The notes under the pieces: generated by a model
What the model was told of the DNA's origin: nothing
The model's input: only the letters and a program-made list of their open reading frames with translations
The model's database searches: none
Part shown: piece by piece, positions 53,882 through 62,126 of the stretch
Layout of the letters: each line of letters begins with the position of its first letter
How positions within the stretch are numbered: the first letter of the stretch is position 1
Program-made: the position numbers and the translations under genes
Assembly (NCBI GenBank): GCA_963717505.1
Contig: OY970342.1
Location: forward strand, 2,112,001 to 2,176,000
DNA: 64,000 bases
Source: Candidatus Eiseniibacteriota bacterium
Lineage (GTDB): Bacteria > Eisenbacteria > RBG-16-71-46
Reading direction: 5' to 3'

Positions 53882-54361
53882 GTGGCCGACTATCCGATCC
53901 TCTACCGAATCACCCATGTCGTTCGATGCGTGGGCTTCGAAGCCATGGTCGTGATCGACGGTCGAGTCCTCCTGGCTCCGGAGGATGGAGAGTGGTGGTG
54001 TCATGGCGTCGAGCCCGGAGCCCTGACCGAAGGGGGAGTCGCTCCCTTCGTTGCCTTCGAGAAGTTCCGTTCCTCGCTGCGTCATGTGTTGGACGATTTG
54101 GCAGAGGAGTGTCAATCGGTCGAGGAGTTCGAGCTGAGCGCGCGGAAGTTCTTCCATACGGATTCGGTCGAAGAAGTGCGATGGAATCGCGCTTTGGATT
54201 CCGTGCGCGAAGGCATCGCTCTCGAAGAACCGTTCCAGGACATGCAGCGCATGAAACCCCGGCCCTCGGTCCTGACGGTGAAGATGCTGGCGACCTACGC
54301 GGATGTTCCCATGCGTGAGGTCAACGATTCGGAAACCATAGCCCTCCCGACCGCCGCCTGA
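53882..54361 (+). CDS. Hypothetical protein, HicB-like antitoxin candidate
   Basis: AGGAG RBS. LLAPEDGEWWCHGVEPGALTEGG...AFEKFRSSL resembles the HicB N-terminal pattern (EDG.W...PG..T.G...A). Confidence 0.55.
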   Translation: MADYPILYRITHVVRCVGFEAMVVIDGRVLLAPEDGEWWCHGVEPGALTEGGVAPFVAFEKFRSSLRHVLDDLAEECQSVEEFELSARKFFHTDSVEEVRWNRALDSVREGIALEEPFQDMQRMKPRPSVLTVKMLATYADVPMREVNDSETIALPTAA

Positions 54362-54373
54362 AGCGAGCATTCC

Positions 54374-54649
54374 TTGGGCGGCCGCGTCGATGTTGCCGAT
54401 GTCGTGCGCATGCTTATGGCTTGTGCCGAGGGTTTCACGACCCGCATCACCAAGCACTCGGTCATGGTTCACTATGGAAACAGAATGGGATTGCTTCCGA
54501 AGGGTCCGGGAATCCCTCGTGATGCGAGTCCGGACGCGCTGAGAGGTGTTGAGGTCGAGCTTGCCAAGGTTCGCAAGCTGGCTCAGAACCTCGGGCTTTC
54601 AAAGGAGTGTGTCGACCAGTTTTTCCCAGGTCTTCTGAGATCGAGCTGA
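54374..54649 (+). CDS. Small hypothetical protein, HicA-like toxin candidate
   Basis: 91 aa with a predicted alpha-beta-beta-beta-alpha layout: DVVRML...GF...TKHSVMV...LP...KVRKLAQNLGL. Starts 12 bp after the upstream gene. Confidence 0.5.
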   Translation: MGGRVDVADVVRMLMACAEGFTTRITKHSVMVHYGNRMGLLPKGPGIPRDASPDALRGVEVELAKVRKLAQNLGLSKECVDQFFPGLLRSS

Positions 54650-54676
54650 ATCGGCAACCCGCGTCAGCCGCAACGC

Positions 54677-54704
54677 TTGACCGTCCTCACTTCACTGCTA
54701 ATAT
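54677..54704 (+). promoter_or_regulatory. Sigma70-type promoter for the tRNA-Ala/ffs/dnaX region
   Basis: TTGACC-N16-TAATAT with an extended -10 TG. Confidence 0.65.
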
Positions 54705-54765
54705 CCGCCCTTCCGGTTGGGACCGGTCGCCCGGATGCGGCGCCAGGCCAACCCCTCGACTCCGT

Positions 54766-54841
54766 GGGGATGTAGCTCAGCTGGGAGAGCACCTCGTTCG
54801 CAACGAGGGGGTCGGCGGTTCGAATCCGCTCATCTCCACCA
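54766..54841 (+). tRNA. tRNA-Ala(CGC)
   Basis: 76 nt. GGGGATG/CATCTCC acceptor stem with G3-U70, anticodon arm CCTCG-TT-CGC-AA-CGAGG, and CCA. Confidence 0.97.
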
Positions 54842-54899
54842 TTCTGAAAAAGGCGTTCCTGCGACGTCGCAGTGGAAGCGGCGAAAACAGGCGCAAAGT

Positions 54900-54998
54900 G
54901 GGCCAGGGCCAGCGCAACCCGGACGTGTGAACCCCGTCAGGACCGGAAGGTAGCAGCGGTAAGCAAGGCTTCGGGTGTGCCGCTGATTCCCCTGGCCC
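54900..54998 (+). ncRNA. ffs: Signal recognition particle 4.5S RNA
   Basis: Conserved helix 8 GTCAGGACCGGAAGGTAGCAGC, closing stem GGGCCAGG/CCTGGCCC, and the canonical position upstream of dnaX. Confidence 0.93.
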
Positions 54999-55028
54999 TT
55001 TACTTTTTGCGGAGGCGGGTCCGACGAC

Positions 55029-56950
55029 ATGGCGCATCGCGCACTGACGCTCAAGTACCGCCCGCAGGTGTTCGCCGACCTGATTGGGCAGGATCACGTC
55101 AGCACCGTCCTGATGCGGGCGATCGAAGGCAACCGCGTCGCCCACGCCTACCTGTTCACCGGGGCGCGCGGCGTCGGCAAGACCACCAGTGCTCGGATCC
55201 TGGCCAAGGCGCTCAACTGCACCACGCGCGCGGCCGGCAAGACCAAAACCGCCGATCCGTGCAACACCTGCACCAGTTGCACCGAGATCACCAGTGGCAT
55301 CTCACTCGACGTCGCCGAGATCGACGGTGCTTCGAACCGCGGCATCGCCGACGTCCAGGCGCTGCGCGAGCGCGTGCGCTTCGCCCCGACCGGCGGGCGC
55401 TACCGCGTCGTGATCATCGACGAAGTTCATCAGCTCTCGAACGACGCGTTCGCCGCACTCTTGAAGACTCTGGAAGAGCCGCCGGCGCACCTGGTGTTCG
55501 TGTTCGCCACCACCGATCCGCAGAAGCTGCCCGAGACCATCCGCTCGCGCTGCCAGCGCTTCGACTTCGCGCGGGTACCGTTGCGCAAGATCGTCGATCG
55601 CCTGGCCGACATTCAGAAACGCGAGGCGGCGGACCCCGAGGGCACGCGCTTCACGCTCACCGAGGCGGCGGCGTTCCTGATCGCCCGCGCCTCGGAAGGC
55701 TCGATGCGCGACGCGGTCGGAGCACTCGACCAGGTGGTGTCGGCCGGCGAGAGAGACTTGAACGAAGAGCTTGTACGCCGCGTGCTTGGCATCCCCGATC
55801 GCGAGGCTTTCTTTGCGATTGCGGGTGCGATCGTCGGGCGCAATCCCGCCGAGGCACTGCAGGCCTTGCACAGGGCATTCGAGAAAGGGCATCGACGCGC
55901 GCGAGCTGGCCGACGGGTTGGCCGAGCACATTCGCCATTTGCTGGTGCTTCGGGTCGATCCCGAGGGCGAGGAGCTGATTCCTGCGAGCCGCGAGGAGAT
56001 CGTGCGCCTGCGCGAGCAGGGCTCGGGCTGGACGGAAGGCGACCTGCTGCGGCTGCTCAAGCTGATCTCCGAAACGCCCCAGGTCATGAAAGACAGCCCG
56101 CAGCCGCTGGTTCATCTCGAGGCCGCGGTCATGCAGATGGCGACCCTCGAGCCGGGCGAGACCCTGGCGCAGATCCTCGAGCGTCTCGAGCAGCTCGAGC
56201 GCCGCCTGGGTGGGGCGCCATCGACACCGTCGCGCCCGGCGCCCGACCGCGCGCCGTCATCCGGTGGTCCGACGCCGCGCGCCCGCTCGAACGAGATGGC
56301 CACCGTCACGCGCACGGCCGCTGCACCTTCAGCTCCGGTTTCAGCACCCCCGCGTACGCCGGTCGAGACCCCGATGCGCGCCGAGGCTCCGATGCGCGCC
56401 GAGGCTCCGATGCGCGCCGAAACTCCGATGCGTGCCATAGCCGACACCTCGATCCTCGCGATGGTCGAGAGCGCCACGGCGACCGCCGTGCTCGAGGTCG
56501 AGCCTGAGATCGGTTCCCGAAGTCGCGCCGACTCCGGCGACGCCGCGGCCCGCTGGCTGCAGGTCATTCAAAGCATAAATTCTCGTAAGCGCATGCTCGG
56601 CGCATTTCTAGAAGAAAGTCGTTTCGGCGGCATGAACGGCGCCGAAGTTCTGCTCGAGACCGACGACCTGCACGCGAATGTGATTGACGAGAAAGAAAAC
56701 CGTGCGCTGGTGATCGAGGCCCTCACGCAGCGTGTTCGGCGTGAACGTCGCGTTCCGCTGCGTGCGCCCGGGAAGCCCGATCGCGCGCCCGATCGCGACC
56801 AATGCCGATGTCCGGCCGATGATCGAGGAGGCGATCCGCTTCTTCGACGGCGTGCCGATCGAAGTCGAAGCGACCCGCACCGAACCGCAGCGCACCGGCG
56901 CCTCCCGCGCCGGGGGCTGGGGCGGTCGAAAGGAGAGATCCGGCGGATGA
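55029..56950 (+). CDS. dnaX: DNA polymerase III subunit gamma/tau; frameshifts near 55885 and 56730
   Basis: KYRPQ.F...GQ, GARGVGKTT, Zn cysteines, EIDGASN, IIDEVH, LLKTLEEPP, TIRSRCQ and GSMRDA; synteny with ffs, ybaB and recR. Confidence 0.95.
56365..56436 (+). repeat. Four tandem 18-bp repeats in the DnaX linker, encoding E(T/A)PMRA
   Basis: GAGACCCCGATGCGCGCC, GAGGCTCCGATGCGCGCC twice, then GAAACTCCGATGCGTGCC. Confidence 0.9.
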
Positions 56951-57253
56951 AAAGTTTCGGCGACATGGTCAAACACGCCCAGAAACTTCAGAAGCAAATG
57001 AAAGAGCTTCAGGACCAGTTCAAAGAAGATCGCTACGAAGCCAGCGCCGGCGGCGGCATCGTGTCAGGTGGTGGTCGACGGCAAGCAGATGCTGGTCGAG
57101 ATCAAGATCCAGCCCGCGGCCCTGAAGGACGGCGACGTCGAGCTGCTCGAGGACTTGATCGTGACCGCGATCGGCGAGGCCCAGCGCACCTCCGAAGAGA
57201 ACATGAACGAGGCCCTCAAGAAGATCTCCGGCGGCTTCGGGCCGATGTTCTAG
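56947..57253 (+). CDS. ybaB: YbaB/EbfC nucleoid-associated protein; frameshift near 57062
   Basis: MKSFGDMVKHAQKLQKQM...EASAGGG, then VVDGKQ...ELLEDLIVTAIGEA; lies between dnaX and recR. Confidence 0.92.
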
Positions 57254-57272
57254 AAGTACCCGGCGCCCCCGC

Positions 57273-57872
57273 ATGTACAGCTCGAGATACCTGGAGCTCC
57301 TGATCGAGGAGCTGGTGAAGCTGCCGACTATTGGTCAAAAGTCCGCCCAGCGCCTGGCGCTCCATCTGCTGCGCGCTCCCAAGGAGGAGGCGCTCAGGCT
57401 GGCCGAGGCGATCCGCGCGCTGCGCGAGCACGTCGGCTTCTGCGGCACCTGCGGCAACTTCAGCGAGACCGACCCGTGCGCGATCTGCACCGACTCGCGC
57501 CGCGACGCGACACTGGTGTGCGTGGTCGAGCAGCCGGGCGACGTGATCGCGCTCGAGCGCACCGGGCAGTTCCGCGGCAAGTATCACGTGCTGGGCGGGG
57601 CGCTGGCGCCGCTCGAGGGTACACATCCGGATCAGTTGCGCATTCGAGAATTATTGGTTCGACTCAATGACGGCTCAGTCAAAGAAATTATTCTGGCGAC
57701 CAATCCCAACGTCGCCGGAGAAGCGACGGCGCTTTACTTGTCTAAGCTACTGCAACCTATGGGACTGAAAGTCACGCGTATCGCCCGTGGCGTGCCCATG
57801 GGCTCGGACCTCGAGTACTCGGACCTGGTGACTCTGGCGCGCGCCCTCGAAGGCCGGCGCGAAGTGGACTAG
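57273..57872 (+). CDS. recR: Recombination protein RecR
   Basis: LPTIGQKSAQRLA HhH, C4 zinc finger, Toprim CVVE...ILATNPNVAGEATA, and RIARGVPMG. Confidence 0.97.
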   Translation: MYSSRYLELLIEELVKLPTIGQKSAQRLALHLLRAPKEEALRLAEAIRALREHVGFCGTCGNFSETDPCAICTDSRRDATLVCVVEQPGDVIALERTGQFRGKYHVLGGALAPLEGTHPDQLRIRELLVRLNDGSVKEIILATNPNVAGEATALYLSKLLQPMGLKVTRIARGVPMGSDLEYSDLVTLARALEGRREVD

Positions 57873-57890
57873 CGGCCACGCCGCCGCGCC

Positions 57891-59017
57891 ATGGACCCCT
57901 ACGTAGCAGACTTACTGAGAATCGCCGGCGTACTGGTGCTGGTCGCACTGAACGGCGTGTTCGTGGCCGCCGAGTTCGCGCTGGTCTCGGTGCGCTGGAC
58001 GCGGGTCGAGGAGATGGTCGAGGAGGGCAAGTTCGGCGCGCTCGCGGTGCGCGAAGCGGTCGAGAACCTCGACGACGCGATCGCCGCGGCACAGCTCGGG
58101 ATCACCCTCGCGAGCATCGCGCTTGGCTGGCTGGGCGAGCCGGCGATCGCGCACCTGCTCACGCCGGTGTTCTGCCGCGATTCCGGCGCCGTGGAGTGCC
58201 GCGGTGACCCACGGCATCGCGATCGCCGTGGCTTACTTGCTACATGACTTACTTGCATGTCGTTCTTGGCGAGCAGGCTCCCAAAGCCGTCGCGATCCAG
58301 CGTGCCGAAGCCGTGGCGCTGCTGGTCACCGGCCCGCTCATGCTGTTCAGCCGGTTCTCGAGGCCTTTTATCTGGGCCATACGAGAATCCAGCAACTTGG
58401 TCATTCGGCTCCTGCGCCTTCCGCCGCTCAAGACTCACGAAAAAGTTCATTCGGTCGAAGAGCTGGCCATGCTGGTCGAAGAGACCGAGGAAGCCGGCGT
58501 GCTGCCCGCCGAAGAAGCGACCTTCGTACGCAACGTGTTCGAGCTGTCCGACAAGACCGTACGCGACGTCATGGTGCCCCGCGAAAAAGTCGTCACCGTG
58601 GCCTTGAATGCCTCCGAAGACGAAGTCCTGGCCACCGCCCGCGATACCGCGCACACGCGCATGCCGGTGTGGGAGAGTAATCCCGATCACATTGTTGGAA
58701 TAGTTAATACCAAAGACCTGTTTCACTTGTTTAGCTTGAGAGGCATAGTAATACTTATGGACGCGATCTATCCGCCGGTGTTCATCCGGCCCGAGAACCG
58801 CGTGGCCGACCTGCTGCGCACGTTCAAGCGCGAGAAGCGCCAGATGGCGGTGGTCCGTGACGATCACGAACATTTCCTTGGCATCGTGACTCTGGAAGAT
58901 ATCCTGGAAGAAATCGTGGGCGAGATCGAAGACGAGCACGACTTTCCACGTTCGGCGTCGCGCAGCCACATGAAGCCTGGTGGGACGCCGGCGCCGCCTG
59001 CGCCGACCAAGCTGTGA
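57891..59017 (+). CDS. Hemolysin-family CNNM (DUF21) plus CBS-pair protein; frameshifts near 58175-58240
   Basis: NGVFVAAEFALVS, QLGITLASIALGWLGEP, HVVLGEQAPK, HSVEEL, HTRMPV and GIVTLEDILEEIVGEIEDE. Confidence 0.9.
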
Positions 59018-59693
59018 GCGACGAGGAACCCGACCCAGGCGGGCCGTCTGTGCCCACAAGCGACCCCGGCACGACGCCCGCTCAACCGAGAAGTTCCGTC
59101 GGGCCGCTGGTCCGACTGGGTATCCCGATGGTCGTGCTCCTCGCCCTCGGCTGGTGGATCTACCAGAAACCAGATCCCGTGCCGCAAGAGTCTGGCGATC
59201 CGGTGCCCTTTGTCGCCGACTCGGACACCGCCTCGTGGGATTCGGTCGCCTCTTCGGTCACGCTGGTCGATGCGTCGGAGCCCGGAACGCCATTGGTGAT
59301 CTACGGGCAGGTGTTCGCCGCCGATGGTCAGGTGATTCGCAAGGCGCAGATTCTCGTCTACCACGCCGACGCCAGTGGCGAGTACGGCACGAGCCCCAAG
59401 ACGCAATGGGCAAGGCTCTCGGGCCGGCTCAAGACCGATTCGCTCGGTCGCTACCTGGTCCATACGGTGAGACCCGGATCGTCAGGCGGGCCGGCGCACG
59501 TTCACTTCGCGATTGGCCGTGCGTGGAAGGCGCAGGAGGCCTTCGAGCTGCGCTTCGCGGACGATCGCCAGAGCTCGGCGTCAAGATTCCCGGCCTTGGG
59601 GCTGCCGACACCGGCACGTTCGCCACCGTGCGCGGCGTGGTTCGCGAGCCGAGCGGGGTGCTGCGGGTCAGGCGGGATTTCAGGCTGCCGTAG
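59014..59693 (+). CDS. Membrane-anchored intradiol ring-cleavage dioxygenase-like protein; frameshift near 59590
   Basis: N-terminal TM, EPGTPLVIYGQV, VYHADASGEY, TDSLGRY..HTVRPG and PAHVHF. The shifted frame ends GVLRVRRDFRLP*. Confidence 0.7.
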
Positions 59694-59790
59694 TCGGTCG
59701 TCCCGACCCGGTGTCCGCGCGCAATTCTCCGGGTGCGCTTTCCACCCGTCGAGCGATATGCTTATGGGCGACGCACCTGCTGGAGGCGCC

Positions 59791-60886
59791 ATGTTGCCGC
59801 ACTGCCACTATTCCCGCCCGCGTTTCGCTCGAGTCTTGTGGATCCTGCTGAGCCTCGCGCTCGTGTGCGCCTCGTCGCCCGTCCATGCCTACACATTGGA
59901 CGTGAACGTCCTGGGCTTGGGAACTGTCGCGAAGGCTCCGGATAAGGCGTCGTACGACCCTGGCACCACGGTCGTGCTGACCGCGACGGCGGCTGAGTGT
60001 TGGTCGTTCACGGCCTGGAGCGGCGATGCCAGTGGCATCGCCAACCCGTATGCGCTGACGATGGACGAAGACAAGGCCATCACCGCGATTATTCACGATC
60101 AAGAAATTTACTCTGAACATAAACTTAACTGGCTGTGGCACGGTGGTGAAAGTGCCGGACCGCCCGATCTATGACTGCGGCACCGTGGTCCAGCTGATCG
60201 TGGTCCCATGCCGGGCTGGAATTTCCACACGTGGAGCGGTGACGTGAGCGGCTCCACCAATCCGATTGAGCTGGTGATGAATCGCAACTGGACTATCACG
60301 GCGGCCATTGACGTTGTGACTGCTGTTCTGGTGGCGCGCTTCGATGCCGAAGCTGTCGACGGCGCGATCGAGGTCCGTTGGGAGCTGAACGGTGTCGAAG
60401 CGACGTCTGCTCAGCTCGAACGCGCGCTCGACCAGCAGGGACCGTGGACGGCGGCGAGCGTGGAGGCCCACCTCGAGGGATCGCTCATGGTTGCGCGCGA
60501 CCGTTCGGTCGAGCCGGGACGCGAGTACTGGTACCGGCTGGCTGTCACGATTCCGGGAGCCGGAACGGTTCGGTTTGGGCCGATCCACAGCGGCGGGGAT
60601 GGCGGCGGTCGAGGAGTTCGAACTGTCGTCGATTGCGCCTAACCCGTCGTTCGGGCCGGCCACGGTGCGGTTCGCAATCGCGCAGGAGGCGCGGGTGAGC
60701 ATTGCGGTGGTCGACGTCCAGGGGCGGCTGGTCGCCACGCTGATCGACGGTCCCATGGCGCCGGGTCGCTACCAGGCAGCCTGGGATGGACGGAGCGCGA
60801 ACGGCCCGGCTTCGGCGGGTGTCTACTTCGCGCGTATGAGCGCTGGCCGGTTCACCAAAGTGCAGCGCTTCGTACTCACACGCTGA
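59791..60886 (+). CDS. Secreted protein with two InlB B-repeat-like domains and a FlgD-Ig C-terminal domain; several frameshifts
   Basis: GGAGG RBS before ATG 59791, signal peptide, YTLDVNVLGLGTV...WSGDASG, a second repeat WSGDVSGSTNP, and C-terminal PNP...DVQGRLV...WDGR...GVYFAR. Confidence 0.75.
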
Positions 60887-60923
60887 GGTCGCATCTCCGG
60901 GACGCCCGGATCAGATCGCACCT

Positions 60924-60950
60924 ATCGCCCGGTCCTGGTGACCGGGCGAT
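60924..60950 (+). terminator. Perfect 11-bp hairpin downstream of the 59791-60886 gene
   Basis: ATCGCCCGGTC-CTGGT-GACCGGGCGAT followed by GGCTTT. Confidence 0.55.
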
Positions 60951-61120
60951 GGCTTTGGGGCCGCGAGGAATTGAACTTCTTCAGGGCGGGAGCAATGCGC
61001 CGATAAACCAGTCGAAGAAGTGGGTCGCCGATACGGACCCGGCGTCGAGCACCACTTCGGCTGTGGTGCCTGGCCAAAAGCGACCTTCCGGGCCCGCGTT
61101 TCGAAGGGAGGAACGTCCTC

Positions 61121-61744
61121 ATGTCGAACGGCAATCCCGACGCCACTCGCATCCTGCTGCGCGTGGGTGCGCCCCTGGTGGTGCTGACTGGTGGTCGGTT
61201 GGACTATGGGACACAGGCTTGGACTGACGTCGAGAGCCGAAAGCCGGTCCATGGTCAGCGCTAAGCAGACGCACGAGCATGCGAATGAGTTCATGTGGAG
61301 TCGCTGCCGACGAGCTGTCGCTGGTGGACGACACAGAACCTGGGACCCGCTCGTGATCTACGGTCAGGTGTTCGGGCCGGATGGCGAAGTGGTGCCGGGT
61401 GCCCGCATCACGATTTCGCATGCCGACGCCAGCGGCGAATACGGGAAGAGCGCGACGAATCCGACATGGCCTCGGCTCTCGGGAGTGCTCGGTACCGACG
61501 CGAATGGCCGCTACGAAGTGCACACGGTGAAGCCGGGAACGAGCGACGAGCCGCCGCACGTGCACATCGCGGTCGGCAGGCCGGGAGGCGCGGACGAAGT
61601 GTTCGAGATCAAGTTCGCGGCAGACTGGAAGGACGTGACGCCCGCCGGGGCGCCGGCCGACACGAGACGTTTGGGACGATGCGCCCGGAGACGCTGGATG
61701 CTCATGGTGTGATCCACGTGCAGAGAGACTTCAGGCTGAAGTAG
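61121..61744 (+). CDS. Paralogous dioxygenase-like protein (second copy), multiply frameshifted
   Basis: GGGAGG RBS and MSNGNP...ILLRVGAPLVVL TM start. PLVIYGQVFGPDG, SHADASGEY, TDANGRYEVHTVKPG, PPHVH, and terminal GVIHVQRDFRLK*. Confidence 0.62.
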
Positions 61745-62126
61745 TGGGACGGTGCGGTCGGTCTTGGATCAGACGTCGGGATCCGTCGTGTGCGGCGCGC
61801 ACCACGGCCCTCGAGCTGTGACCATGGTTGCTGGCGCGAGTGGCACCTATGTGCCCGGTCTTGAAAAAAAGTTCTTGACTAGCTTTTGAGGTGGCAGTGC
61901 CGAGACATCGCTGATGGCGCCTGGACGTCGCTCTTGCGCGCGCAGGATGCGCGCTGCCTCGCGATAATCGCCGTCACGAAAGAAATTTCATGAAGCCGTG
62001 ATTCGTGCGTCGACCGGGGCTCACAGAGAGCCGACAACGCGCGTGCGATAATGTGTGTGTCCCAACGGGCCGGATCGCAGATCCGGCCGCAGCAGCAAGC
62101 GCGCCCCCGAAGAAAGAGTTGTCGTC

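Noticed and set aside
54859-54872. Palindrome CTGCGACGTCGCAG as the Alu domain of a long SRP RNA
   Set aside because: There is no Alu consensus, and the closing stem defines a ~100-nt 4.5S-type RNA.
55878-55895. Programmed ribosomal frameshift in dnaX (gamma/tau)
   Set aside because: The shift at GAGAAAGGGC falls near codon 286, inside the collar domain, needs a +1 correction and lacks the A-AAA-AAG slippery site. A homopolymer error is more likely.
60975-61010. FMN riboswitch (TCTTCAGGGCGGG)
   Set aside because: The following GTGAAATTCCCGACCGGCGGT core is absent and the downstream gene is unrelated to riboflavin.
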